A stretch of 60,505 nt of DNA from a virus (taxonomy: Duplodnaviria; Caudoviricetes). The stretch is taken from IMG/VR virus record IMGVR_UViG_3300010354_000095, positions 1-60,505 of that record, one strand, 5' to 3'. The position numbers and the translations under genes are program-made. Position 1 is the first letter of the stretch, and each line of letters begins with the position of its first letter. The notes beneath the pieces were generated by a model that searched no databases, was not told where the DNA came from, and saw only the letters and a list, made by a program, of their open reading frames with translations. This document shows, in pieces, positions 1-9,963 of this stretch.

Positions 1-1
1 A

Positions 2-931
2 GCAAGCTCAAACAAACCAGAAATTTCAACTACTAGCGACAGTTTGTCAATAACAACCGCAGAAGGAGTCCTCGGCGGATGGCGTCCGATAATTCATCTG
101 CAAAATGGCGACAATGCTGGTCCTGGCGATTTTGGTGCTGGCCAGCCATTGATTACACTAGTAGGCAATACACTTATTTCATCAGGCAGAAATCACAGTC
201 TAAGATTTCACACTGGATCGCCCGGCAGTTCAGGTTACCTGGGCGATGTCTACGATGATGGCCGAATTTATTACGACAACGATACTTTTACTTTGAAAAT
301 TGTTGGTAATGTTCAAATAGTTTCTAATATTGCAGGAAATATTGATGCTAATTTGACCGTTGGTAATATCAAAGCCGATGCTTATTTTTACAGCAATGGA
401 ACAGCATTTGTAGGTGGCAGCGGCAGTGTCGGTTATACCGGATCGGCTGGAACTACAGGATACGATGGTAGTGTGGGTGCTACTGGATATGCTGGCTCAG
501 TCGGTGCTACTGGATACGCCGGTTCAATTGGAAGCACAGGATTTACTGGATCAGTGGGTGTAGGATACACCGGCAGTGCCGGAACCGGAAGCAGCGGCGG
601 AGGCTCTTTAGTTAAAACATTAGACTATGTTGGAAGTTTAGTTGTCAACAACGGTACTAAAAAATGGTGGATAAACAACACCTACACAATAAGTAGATTA
701 GTGGGCTTTGTGGATGTGGCACCTACCGGAGCTAATGTAGAAATTAGAGTCAATAAAAATGGTAGCAGTGCTACTACATTTACTATTCCCACTAACACAA
801 GTAGAGCTAATGCTAATATAAGTATTAGCACAGTTGAGGGCGATTATATAACTGTCGATATAACACAGGTTGGAAGTACTGTGGCCGGCAGCGATTTATC
901 TTTGGTATTTGAATATTCCAGACCAGTATAA
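2..931 (+). CDS. Virion fibre/decoration protein, C-terminal part (5' end lies outside the window)
   Basis: The frame is open from position 2 (ASSNKPEISTTSDSL...), upstream of the TTG at 44 in the ORF track. It has GY(T/A/D)GSxG Gly-X-Y repeats and a beta-rich C-terminal domain (VAPTGANVEIRV...DITQVGSTVAGSDL). Confidence 0.7.
   Translation, partial: ASSNKPEISTTSDSLSITTAEGVLGGWRPIIHLQNGDNAGPGDFGAGQPLITLVGNTLISSGRNHSLRFHTGSPGSSGYLGDVYDDGRIYYDNDTFTLKIVGNVQIVSNIAGNIDANLTVGNIKADAYFYSNGTAFVGGSGSVGYTGSAGTTGYDGSVGATGYAGSVGATGYAGSIGSTGFTGSVGVGYTGSAGTGSSGGGSLVKTLDYVGSLVVNNGTKKWWINNTYTISRLVGFVDVAPTGANVEIRVNKNGSSATTFTIPTNTSRANANISISTVEGDYITVDITQVGSTVAGSDLSLVFEYSRPV
431..590 (+). repeat. Short collagen-like GYTGS/GYAGS coding repeat
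   Basis: GYTGSAGTTGYDGSVGATGYAGSVGATGYAGSIGSTGFTGSVG; same motif family as 59033-60486. Confidence 0.85.
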
Positions 932-943
932 AGGAAATAGAAC

Positions 944-1138
944 ATGACATTGCAAGAAATAACTGAAAAATTTGGCACCACTGAAGGGTATTTTTATATT
1001 TTAACAAAAAATAAAAAAGATATAGAGATACTCGAAGATATCGATCAAACTGCTTCTACACTAGCAAATTCTTCGGGGATGTTTATTAGAACCGAAAACG
1101 AAGTAACACATCCCGATTATGTAAGGATAACAGAATAA
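944..1138 (+). CDS. Hypothetical protein (64 aa)
   Basis: AAGGA RBS upstream; its stop overlaps the next ATG (TAATG). Confidence 0.7.
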   Translation: MTLQEITEKFGTTEGYFYILTKNKKDIEILEDIDQTASTLANSSGMFIRTENEVTHPDYVRITE

Positions 1139-2145
1139 TGGGATATGCTAAATTAAATTTTGCTACCACAGTTACAACTGCTCAGGCCATGTACGATGTG
1201 GTAAGAGTACTCAATGGTACTATTACTGCACCTGCCAACCTCAGTTATGCCAGTACTACTAACAGCGAAATAGTGAATACACTAGCGGAAAATTGGACCG
1301 TGGTTTATGGCTCTGTTGCCGATACTACTACTGCCTATGTAGTAAGTAGCCCCTGTGTTACTGCGGCAAAGACGCATTTTGTAAAATTACAAATGGGCAA
1401 TGGTACCTCTTGGGATGCATCCGCGGCCTTTTCTACTGCCGGCGCTGGGATTGGCTTGAATACCATTTCAGCTGCGACCAGTGCTACCTCTGTAACCAAT
1501 CCTGCTTTTTATAGCACCAGCACCGGTGCTACTGGAATGGGAAGATACTTGGTCAAGGTAGATGCCAGCAATACAAACATTTACATACATTGGAGTTCAC
1601 ATCATATATTATTTTATGGTTTAAGCTCAGCAGGTGCAACAACAATGTTTATTGGCAGTTTTGAATATCCAGAAAATAGTTTAACACAATTTACTAATAC
1701 AGCGCCGGTGCTGCAATATAATTATACTTATGCCCAAACAACTACTTTTATAACCACAACTGCGGTTACCACTGGTACCACTAGTGCAATATTATTCCAA
1801 GGTATAAACATACATGAACCATTGGCTAGTACAACCAGCGGTGTATATAATTTAGGTGTAGCCGGGTATGGAACTGTGATCCACAGTGATTTCGATCCTA
1901 TTGTAACATTAGATAGCCTCGGTAATAATGTTTACCCATTGGTTCCTTATTATTGGACATTGCCCAGTAGAGGTATACCAAATTTAAATCTCAGTCAACT
2001 CACTGGAGTATACCGTATGGCAAAAAGTGCCGGTGCAGCCGAAGCAGTATTTACAGTAGGTGGCGCCAGCTATGTTTGGTTGCCTTTGAGCACTACAATC
2101 ACCGGCGGTACACAACAGGCCGGAATTGGAATATTAAAATCATAA
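1138..2145 (+). CDS. Thr/Ala/Ser-rich putative virion structural protein, paralog A
   Basis: Beta-rich, low-charge composition inside the fibre cluster; aligns by eye with 2156-3184. Confidence 0.6.
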   Translation: MGYAKLNFATTVTTAQAMYDVVRVLNGTITAPANLSYASTTNSEIVNTLAENWTVVYGSVADTTTAYVVSSPCVTAAKTHFVKLQMGNGTSWDASAAFSTAGAGIGLNTISAATSATSVTNPAFYSTSTGATGMGRYLVKVDASNTNIYIHWSSHHILFYGLSSAGATTMFIGSFEYPENSLTQFTNTAPVLQYNYTYAQTTTFITTTAVTTGTTSAILFQGINIHEPLASTTSGVYNLGVAGYGTVIHSDFDPIVTLDSLGNNVYPLVPYYWTLPSRGIPNLNLSQLTGVYRMAKSAGAAEAVFTVGGASYVWLPLSTTITGGTQQAGIGILKS

Positions 2146-2155
2146 AGGAATAAAG

Positions 2156-3184
2156 ATGGGTTTCGCTAGATTACATTTTGCGAATGATAGTACACTAACA
2201 ATAGGTAATGTTATAAGAGATATTGTAGGGGTTATTGCCGGTGATTATACGGCAACCAATCAATTGCTGGCTGCAACTCAAAATCTCAGTGAAATTCGCA
2301 ATACCGCTGGTAGGGGAAACTGGACAAAAGTCTATCCATCTACTAATACTAATACCATACCTCAAGTTTTGAGTACTACTTGTTTAAATGGTACAACTAA
2401 GTTTATAAGGATCAGCGGAATAGGAACTAGTGATGTTTTTCCTAATACCACTAACACAGATACTTATAGTTACGCAACTAGTGCCGCGGTAAATGGAATA
2501 GCTATGCAATGTGTAACAGCAGCTACTTCGGCCACTGTTGTTACTAATCCTACTTTTGTAAATGCGAATGCAACTCTAGCAGCAAATAATTTTATTACAG
2601 GCAACTTTGTTTGGCTAAGTTGGAGTAGTAGACACTGTTTAATTCTTGGTAATCAAACCGGCTCTGGGACAACTGCAATCGTTGGTATTGGTTGTTTTGA
2701 ATTTAATGAATTGGGAATTTATGATTATCGTAATGTAGCGCCTTTTATAAATTGGCAACTTATGACTTCTACATTTTCCACGGGTATAAATCCCACCACC
2801 ACTGCCGCTCTTCAGAGTAGCATTTACATTATGAATCATTACAATCCTTCCACCACTGAAACTTATGGTTATTACAATTTAACTGCTGGTATAACAAACG
2901 TTGAGTATAATTCGATTACTGCCGGTACTGCCTCTAGCCTTCCTTCATCATATACAAAAAATAGTAGTGGAGCAGTAGCAGCTATTTTACAACCATTGTT
3001 TTGGCATCAACATCAATTAGGAATTCCCCACGCTTATATCAGTGATCTAAGTAAAGTATACAGAACGCAAAATGGAATTGGAAATCCTGGGGATACAATG
3101 ACTGTGGGAGCCGATACATATGTTTACTTTCCAATAAGATCAGGCGATGGGTTATATTTTAGTTTAGCAGTACTAAGAGCTTAA
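2156..3184 (+). CDS. Thr/Ala/Ser-rich putative virion structural protein, paralog B
   Basis: Shares MG(Y/F)A(K/R)LxF, NWTxVY, AATSATxVTNPxF, WSSxHxL and TVGxxxYV with 1138-2145; AAGGA RBS. Confidence 0.6.
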   Translation: MGFARLHFANDSTLTIGNVIRDIVGVIAGDYTATNQLLAATQNLSEIRNTAGRGNWTKVYPSTNTNTIPQVLSTTCLNGTTKFIRISGIGTSDVFPNTTNTDTYSYATSAAVNGIAMQCVTAATSATVVTNPTFVNANATLAANNFITGNFVWLSWSSRHCLILGNQTGSGTTAIVGIGCFEFNELGIYDYRNVAPFINWQLMTSTFSTGINPTTTAALQSSIYIMNHYNPSTTETYGYYNLTAGITNVEYNSITAGTASSLPSSYTKNSSGAVAAILQPLFWHQHQLGIPHAYISDLSKVYRTQNGIGNPGDTMTVGADTYVYFPIRSGDGLYFSLAVLRA

Positions 3185-3187
3185 AAC

Positions 3188-3547
3188 ATGCCTGACGCTT
3201 ATTTTGATTCTAACCTAAATGGTAATTTAACAGCGTCACTGGGCCTGAAAGATAACAATGCGGGTAATGTTGAATTTTACGCAGATTCTTTAGCTTTAAA
3301 TTCTACACAGTACATCTTTGATAGTAATTTAAATGCTGGTATATCAGATTCAATTGGCATAAGAAACCTCGATCTTGGTAATGTTGAATTTTATGTAGAT
3401 TTGCTAGCTATAAATTCTACACAGTATAGTTTTGATAGCAATTTAAATGGTAGCTTGACTGACACATTGGGTATAGAAGTTCATGCAGCAAGTCTACCAT
3501 ATACTGTAACAAGATCTCCCACTTTACAATCAAGGTTCTTAGATTAA
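3188..3547 (+). CDS. Hypothetical protein built from a 38-aa repeat (about 2.5 copies)
   Basis: FDSNLN occurs three times and GNVEFY..L.(L/I)NSTQY twice; the DNA period is 114 bp (ggtaatgttgaatttta at 3263 and 3377). Confidence 0.7.
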   Translation: MPDAYFDSNLNGNLTASLGLKDNNAGNVEFYADSLALNSTQYIFDSNLNAGISDSIGIRNLDLGNVEFYVDLLAINSTQYSFDSNLNGSLTDTLGIEVHAASLPYTVTRSPTLQSRFLD

Positions 3548-3548
3548 A

Positions 3549-4352
3549 ATGATTAGAGGAAGTTATTTTTTTAACACAAGTGCCAGTCAATACCTGAGTT
3601 TATCGGGTGACCCAGCATTTGCTATTGCTACTACTACAACACCATTTACGGTGGAAGCATGGATCAGACTTCGAACCTCTGGTGGTAGGATACTCAGCGA
3701 AGGTTATCCCGGCTCTGGTTCTGTATCTTTGGTATTCGGGCTTTGTGATGGAACCAGTGTACAGAATCAAGGATTATTTTTGGGATTCGGATACTATACC
3801 GGAACTACCTGGGTCAGCGCGGCCTGCTCTACTACAGAACTAAGTTTACACACATGGACACATGTAGCCTGTGTATTTACCGGATCGACTAGTCGTGTTT
3901 ATATCAATGGACTAGATAGAACTAAAACTTCATCTCCTACTCCGGCAGCTACCTGGCCTATAACCGGCGTCAATGGGGATATATGGTATATTGGTCGTCG
4001 CTGGGATACCAGTGCCGGCGGCACTTACATAGATGGTTTTATCCATGACCTAAGATTTGTAAATGGTAGCGCAGTTTATACAGCCAACTTTACTCCATCC
4101 ACCGGATCATTGTCCAGTATTGCAAATACTGTAGTGCTTACTTGTTCAAATTACGAAAATGAATCAATTGATCGTGGACCAAACAATTTTACTATTACCA
4201 ATGTAAATGGTGTAACTGGTAGCTCCTTGCTGCCCACACAATCAAATTTCGTCGGTGAAGCCACAATTGCGTCAGAAGAATTTAATGCAGCTCAAGCGGA
4301 AAAAAATCGATCTGGGATGTGGTCCACTGTGGAAATTAGTCCAAAATATTAA
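3549..4352 (+). CDS. LamG/concanavalin A-like lectin domain virion protein
   Basis: LamG motifs FTVEAWI, WTHVACV...VYING and IG...GFIHDLRFVNG..VYTANFTP. Confidence 0.85.
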   Translation: MIRGSYFFNTSASQYLSLSGDPAFAIATTTTPFTVEAWIRLRTSGGRILSEGYPGSGSVSLVFGLCDGTSVQNQGLFLGFGYYTGTTWVSAACSTTELSLHTWTHVACVFTGSTSRVYINGLDRTKTSSPTPAATWPITGVNGDIWYIGRRWDTSAGGTYIDGFIHDLRFVNGSAVYTANFTPSTGSLSSIANTVVLTCSNYENESIDRGPNNFTITNVNGVTGSSLLPTQSNFVGEATIASEEFNAAQAEKNRSGMWSTVEISPKY

Positions 4353-4376
4353 TTATTGTAATATAATTTAATTGTA

Positions 4377-4405
4377 TTGACTGAACATAAAATATTTGCT
4401 ATAGT
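4377..4405 (+). promoter_or_regulatory. Sigma70-type early promoter of glycan module I
   Basis: TTGACT-17 bp-TATAGT with TGn extended -10. Confidence 0.7.
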
Positions 4406-4447
4406 TCTTTCTATCGGTAAGTATTTTGCACAGTCTTCAATTAAATT

Positions 4448-7400
4448 ATGATCAAAATCGCTATTATTGACATCATTGGTTTGCCTTATGATGGCACCAC
4501 AGTTTTTCAACAGGGCTTAGGTGGCTCCGAAAGTGCAGTCACTTATATAAGTATAGAATTAGCTCGTTTAAATTTCGATGTTACTGTTTTTAACAACTGT
4601 GACATCGATCATGCACGATCTGGCACATATAATAATGTAAAATTCAGACCAATTGCCGACTTAAATCAAGATCATCATTTTGATATTGTTATCAGTAGTC
4701 GGACAATTATTCCATTTATGGAACCATCTCGATATCATGAACTTAACGATAATCGAGCCATTCCTTTACAGCAATATAATTTATATGACCGTATTGTATC
4801 TCGTGCCTCAATGAGAGTACTTTGGATGCATGACACTTTCTGTTTAGGTGATAACTTTATTGAAGAATTAGCAGTTCGAGATCGAATTACCGATATTTTT
4901 ACATTAAGTGATTTTCATTTAACCTATGTGGCTAATTGTCATCATGGTCGGCGTCGAAATTTCGAAGTATTGAAACCGAAATTGTTCATTACTCGTAATG
5001 GTGCAAATAAATTTGATGTTCCTGTCGATATCGCTCAAAAAGATCGAAATTTATTTGTCTATAATGCTTCGGTTACCAAAGGAATGATACCTTTGGTTAA
5101 TCAAGTTTGGCCCGTTGTTAAACAACATATACCATCAGCAAAATTAAAAGTCATCGGAGGCTATTATCGATTTAGCGAATCGCATGGCCCGGATCAGCAA
5201 GAACAAGATTGGCGAAGAATGGTTGCTGATCCTAAATACTCAAATATGGGTATTGAGTTTACTGGTGTAATCTCACAAAAAGAAATAGCCGAGATTTTGT
5301 CGCAAGCATATATGATGATATATCCATCGGCCTTTCCGGAGACATTCGGGATATCGAGTTTGGAAAGTATGTTGTATAATACCCCAGTAGCTACTTGTCG
5401 ATTCGGTGCATTAGAGGAAGTTGTTTTAGAAGGCGCCGGATATCATTTAAATTATGCTATTGAACCCAATGGATTATTTCCTGATATTAATAATCCTAAT
5501 CAATGTAGATTATTTGCCGAAATGGTAATTAATGCTTGGCGAAATACTTATTTGCATCAACAAAAACAATATTACTGTAATATTATTAAAGATGTAGTCG
5601 GTTGGGATTCGGTCGCATTGCAATGGAAACAATGGTTTTATCGTAAAACCGGAAATTTTCTCAATCGAACTGAATATAGAAAAGTAGACCAAATTAATCG
5701 AAGAGTACATAAAATTTGGGAAAGACGATATACTAATTTAATTGAATTTGAAAATAGAAAATCCGGCAACGAACAACCTATTACCGTTGTTAGTACATTC
5801 TATAATGCACAATCGTATATATCTAAATTTATTGAAAGTATTGCGACCCAAGACTACGACAATTATAAAGTTTATATGGTCGATGATGCTAGCACCGATA
5901 ATACTTTAACAGTTGTAAAACAGTTTTTAAATTCTTTACCGACAGAAATTCAAAACAAATTTTATATTATCGAAAATAAAACTAATTATGGAGCAGTCTA
6001 TAATCAAGTTAATGTACTTAGATCAATTGCTGATACTAACAGTATTGTTATGATTATTGATGGCGACGATTGGCTAGTAAACGATAATACAATTTTTAAT
6101 TACTATAATTCCATATATGATGGCACCACAGAATTCACTTATGGTAGTTGTTGGAGTGTAGTTGACAATATTCCATTGATTAGTCAGCCTTATCCCGATC
6201 ATATTAAACAAACTAAATCTTATAGACAACATAGATTTAATTGGATATTACCGTATACCCATCTACGAACTTTTAAAGCGGAATTAATTAAAAAAATACC
6301 CGACAGTAATTTTAAAGACTCAGATGGAAATTGGTATCGTGCCGGCGGCGATGGCAGCACCTTTTATAGTTTAATTGAATCCGCCGATCCAGATAAAGTT
6401 AAATGTCTTCAAGATATAGTCTATAATTACAACGATGCAAATCCTTTGAATGATTATAAAGTTAATTCAGAAGAACAAAATAGAAATGCTTCGCAGATTG
6501 TGTCAAAAAAATCAATCGAAAAATTTTCTGTTATTGTTCCCACAATGTGGCGTGTAGCCGATCAATTCACTGAATTTGTACTAGAACTAATCGAATCTCA
6601 GTATGTTGGCGAAATTATTGTCATTGACAACGATAATCTAAAAAAGCCTGACAATTTTCCTGTACACGAAAAAATAAAAATATTTGATTTTGGAAAAAAT
6701 ATTTTTGTAAATCCAGCCTGGAATTTTGGAGTACAACAAAGTCAATTTGATCGTGTTTGTATCTTGAATGATGATGTTGCATTTGATTTAAAATTATTTG
6801 AAAAATTACAAGGTTTGGTTACACCAAAAGAAGGAGTTTTTGGTTTATGTCCCGGTACACCAGATTTTAATCAACCACCGATAACAGATGGTGCAATAGA
6901 TATTATCACTTGGACATCACAACATACTTATGGGTTCGGCTGTTTAATGATTTTACATAAGAAATCCTGGGAAACTATTCCAGAAGGTCTTAATATCTAT
7001 TACGGTGATAATTTTATTTTTGATTTGCAATTGGCTAAACAAAAAAATAATTATTTAATTACTAATATGAATTTTCAATCACCGTTTGCTGCTACCACAG
7101 CGGATAAAAGTATCACAGGCGGTGTATTAGACCTTGAAACACCAATATATCAAAAAGTTAAAAAAGAAATGATAGATAAAAACATTGTGAAAACTGAACC
7201 AACTCCTGTAAAAAATATTAATCGAACATTAAAAAAAATATTAATTGCTATCCCTACAGCTCGAAATATTGAACCCGACACATTTAAAAGTATCTACGAT
7301 TTAGAAGTACCCGAGGGGTACGAAACTATATTTCAATATTTTTATGGCTATAATATCGATCAAGTTAGAAATTTAATTGCCGACTGGGTAGTTAAAGGAT

Positions 7401-8512
7401 TTGATTACTTATTCAGTGTTGATAGTGATATTGCATTTCCCCCTGATACTCTTAAAAGATTATTAGCTCATGACAAAGATATGGTATCCGGTTTATATAT
7501 TCAAAGGAAACCCGGGCAACATATTCTCGAAGTTTATGAACATAATGGTAAAGGTGGGGTAGCGAATATACCTTATGAGAAAATTGTTGGGCGTGGACTA
7601 ATCGAAATAGCTAGTTGTGGTTTTGGTTGTGTATTAGTTAAAGCAGAGGTAATGAGATCTATCCCTTATCCTCATTTTAAATATTACAGTGCAATTGATC
7701 ATCGTAATACAATCAGTGAGGATGTTGATTTCTGTCGTAAAGCTCTATCAGCAGGATTTAAGATTTGGGCCGATACCAGTATTCTTTGTCGACATATCGG
7801 GCAAACTGAATTTCTTATTGATACAACAATTAAACCGACCAGTAATGAAATGAGATTAAGAGAATTAGGAAATCAACGATTACTACCTGGTACTCATGTA
7901 AAGTTTCTTCAACAATTAAATGATATCGGTTTTAAACCTAACATTATCTATGATGTTGGTTCTTGTGTTTTACATTGGACCAACGAAGCTAAACGAATTT
8001 GGCCAGATGCTAGATTTTATTTGTTTGAAGCAATGAGCAGTTGCGAATTTTTATACAAAGAAGGTAATTACGAATATCATATTGGACTACTTAGTGACCA
8101 GGATGGGAAAGAATTAGATTTTTATCAAAATGATGAACATCCGGGTGGTAATAGTTACTACTTAGAAAATATTGAAATTAATCCTCAGGCGAGAGATTAT
8201 TTCAACGAAAGTCACAAAAAGAAAATGACTAGTCGAACACTATCTTCGGTAGTCAAAGAAAGAAAATTTCCTGTACCCGATCTTCTAAAATTAGATGTGC
8301 AGGGTGCCGAATTAGATATCTTAAAAGGGTCTGAAGACTTGATTAAATTGGTTAATCATATTATACTAGAATTACAAGTAGTAGAATATAATAAGGGGGC
8401 TCCCTTAAAGGATGAAGTAATTGCATATATGGACCAATTGGGTTTCGATTGTTTTGGACTATTCAGTAATAACGGACCCGACGGAGACTACTTTTTCAAA
8501 AGAAGACAATGA
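4448..8512 (+). CDS. Multidomain glycosyltransferase/methyltransferase (GT4 + three GT2-like domains + FkbM-type methyltransferase)
   Basis: GT-B motifs GLGGSE and YPSAFPETFGISSLES; GT-A domains starting TVVSTFYNAQ (IDGDDW), FSVIVPT (LNDDV) and ILIAIPT (VDSDI, GFGCVLVK, SEDVDFC); FkbM motifs IIYDVGS and LLKLDVQGAELDILKG. Confidence 0.9.
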   Translation: MIKIAIIDIIGLPYDGTTVFQQGLGGSESAVTYISIELARLNFDVTVFNNCDIDHARSGTYNNVKFRPIADLNQDHHFDIVISSRTIIPFMEPSRYHELNDNRAIPLQQYNLYDRIVSRASMRVLWMHDTFCLGDNFIEELAVRDRITDIFTLSDFHLTYVANCHHGRRRNFEVLKPKLFITRNGANKFDVPVDIAQKDRNLFVYNASVTKGMIPLVNQVWPVVKQHIPSAKLKVIGGYYRFSESHGPDQQEQDWRRMVADPKYSNMGIEFTGVISQKEIAEILSQAYMMIYPSAFPETFGISSLESMLYNTPVATCRFGALEEVVLEGAGYHLNYAIEPNGLFPDINNPNQCRLFAEMVINAWRNTYLHQQKQYYCNIIKDVVGWDSVALQWKQWFYRKTGNFLNRTEYRKVDQINRRVHKIWERRYTNLIEFENRKSGNEQPITVVSTFYNAQSYISKFIESIATQDYDNYKVYMVDDASTDNTLTVVKQFLNSLPTEIQNKFYIIENKTNYGAVYNQVNVLRSIADTNSIVMIIDGDDWLVNDNTIFNYYNSIYDGTTEFTYGSCWSVVDNIPLISQPYPDHIKQTKSYRQHRFNWILPYTHLRTFKAELIKKIPDSNFKDSDGNWYRAGGDGSTFYSLIESADPDKVKCLQDIVYNYNDANPLNDYKVNSEEQNRNASQIVSKKSIEKFSVIVPTMWRVADQFTEFVLELIESQYVGEIIVIDNDNLKKPDNFPVHEKIKIFDFGKNIFVNPAWNFGVQQSQFDRVCILNDDVAFDLKLFEKLQGLVTPKEGVFGLCPGTPDFNQPPITDGAIDIITWTSQHTYGFGCLMILHKKSWETIPEGLNIYYGDNFIFDLQLAKQKNNYLITNMNFQSPFAATTADKSITGGVLDLETPIYQKVKKEMIDKNIVKTEPTPVKNINRTLKKILIAIPTARNIEPDTFKSIYDLEVPEGYETIFQYFYGYNIDQVRNLIADWVVKGFDYLFSVDSDIAFPPDTLKRLLAHDKDMVSGLYIQRKPGQHILEVYEHNGKGGVANIPYEKIVGRGLIEIASCGFGCVLVKAEVMRSIPYPHFKYYSAIDHRNTISEDVDFCRKALSAGFKIWADTSILCRHIGQTEFLIDTTIKPTSNEMRLRELGNQRLLPGTHVKFLQQLNDIGFKPNIIYDVGSCVLHWTNEAKRIWPDARFYLFEAMSSCEFLYKEGNYEYHIGLLSDQDGKELDFYQNDEHPGGNSYYLENIEINPQARDYFNESHKKKMTSRTLSSVVKERKFPVPDLLKLDVQGAELDILKGSEDLIKLVNHIILELQVVEYNKGAPLKDEVIAYMDQLGFDCFGLFSNNGPDGDYFFKRRQ

Positions 8513-8904
8513 AAATTTTTGTGAACGGAACTTTTGATATTTTGCATCGAGGTCATATCGAGCTACTAAAATATTCTCGTTCCTTAGGTAATCAATTGCT
8601 AGTTGCTATCGATTCAGATCAACGAGTAAAACAATTAAAAGGTAGTCAAAGACCGATCAATGATCAAAATGATAGAAAATTTTTACTAGAAAATTTAAAA
8701 TCAATTGATCGGGTAGCTATTTTTAATAGTGATCAAGAATTAATCGATATAATTAAAAATTATCATCCTGACATAATGGTCAAAGGAAGCGACTATCAAA
8801 ATCAAAATATCATTGGATCCGAATATTGTAAAGAAATAAAATTTTATGATAGAACAGAACACTCTACAACAAAGATCATTCAACATATTATTGATAGGCG
8901 ATAA
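8509..8904 (+). CDS. HIGH-type nucleotidyltransferase, HldC/RfaE domain II-like
   Basis: NGTFDILHRGH, KGSQRPI, VKGSDY and STT motifs; adjacent to an HldA-like kinase. Confidence 0.85.
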   Translation: MKIFVNGTFDILHRGHIELLKYSRSLGNQLLVAIDSDQRVKQLKGSQRPINDQNDRKFLLENLKSIDRVAIFNSDQELIDIIKNYHPDIMVKGSDYQNQNIIGSEYCKEIKFYDRTEHSTTKIIQHIIDRR

Positions 8905-9625
8905 CTGCATTGACACATACCTTTATGGTGTAGTAAATCGAATCAGTCCTGAAGCTCCGGTTCCGATATTTGAACCTAGAAGTACCTTTACTAAAGAAGG
9001 AATGGCCGGCAATGTTAAAAATAATTTATTGAATCTTGGATGTGTTGTTGACTATCGACATGGCGAAACTAGCGAGAAACAGAGATTAATAGATCAACGA
9101 AGTAAACAACAATTAGTCAGAATAGATAAAGATAAAATTAGTCAACCGATAACAGTTGATCTAATTGGTACCGATTATGATGCAATCGTTATATCAGACT
9201 ACAACAAAGGTACAATAAGTTATGAATCGGTTTCCTGTCTAAGAAAAAAATTTGATGGGCCTATTTTCATCGACACTAAAAAAACAGATTTAAAACAATT
9301 CGATGGATGTTTTGTAAAAGTTAATTCTGATGAGCGAGCTAAATCGGTAACATTACCGGATCCTAAATGGTTAATTGTAACCAGAGGAAGTAAAGGTGCT
9401 GAATATATGGAAGAAACTTATTCAACCAAGTCTGTAGATGTAGCCGATGTTACTGGTGCCGGTGATACATTTATATCAGCATTGGTTTATAATTATTTAA
9501 GTACCGGTGGAAATATTTGTCAATCGATTATTTTTGCTAATATAGCCGCAGGAATTACAGTTCAACACCAAGGTGTTTATGCACCAACATTAAAGGAAAT
9601 TACGGTATGCGGCACGAAGGACTAG
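8846..9625 (+). CDS. PfkB-family sugar kinase, HldA/RfaE domain I-like (heptose-7-phosphate kinase)
   Basis: RISPEAPVP, GMAGNV, ISDYNKG and DVTGAGDTF motifs characteristic of the HldE kinase domain. Confidence 0.9.
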   Translation: MIEQNTLQQRSFNILLIGDNCIDTYLYGVVNRISPEAPVPIFEPRSTFTKEGMAGNVKNNLLNLGCVVDYRHGETSEKQRLIDQRSKQQLVRIDKDKISQPITVDLIGTDYDAIVISDYNKGTISYESVSCLRKKFDGPIFIDTKKTDLKQFDGCFVKVNSDERAKSVTLPDPKWLIVTRGSKGAEYMEETYSTKSVDVADVTGAGDTFISALVYNYLSTGGNICQSIIFANIAAGITVQHQGVYAPTLKEITVCGTKD

Positions 9626-9963
9626 TTAAAAAAGGTTGGGGTCACGAATTAATTTGGGCCACTAACGACAAATACTGTGCAAAGTTTCTTAACTTTAACG
9701 AAGGTGCACAATTTAGTATGCACTTTCATGCAGTCAAGGATGAAACTTGGTATGTAATGAGTGGCAGATTTTTAATCAAATATATCAATACAGATAATGC
9801 AGATATAGAAGAAAAATATTTAGAGAAGGGTGATGTTTGGAGAAATCCGCCTTTACTGCCACATCAAGTTATTTGTCTCGAAGAAGGCACATTAATCGAG
9901 GTTAGTACGCCTGACAGTGTTGAAGATAATTATCGTGTTATGAAAGGTGATAGTCAGAAATGA
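9607..9963 (+). CDS. Cupin-fold sugar isomerase-like protein
   Basis: KGWGHE, SMHFH..KDETWYV, PH and LIEVST cupin motifs. Confidence 0.8.
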   Translation: MRHEGLVKKGWGHELIWATNDKYCAKFLNFNEGAQFSMHFHAVKDETWYVMSGRFLIKYINTDNADIEEKYLEKGDVWRNPPLLPHQVICLEEGTLIEVSTPDSVEDNYRVMKGDSQK

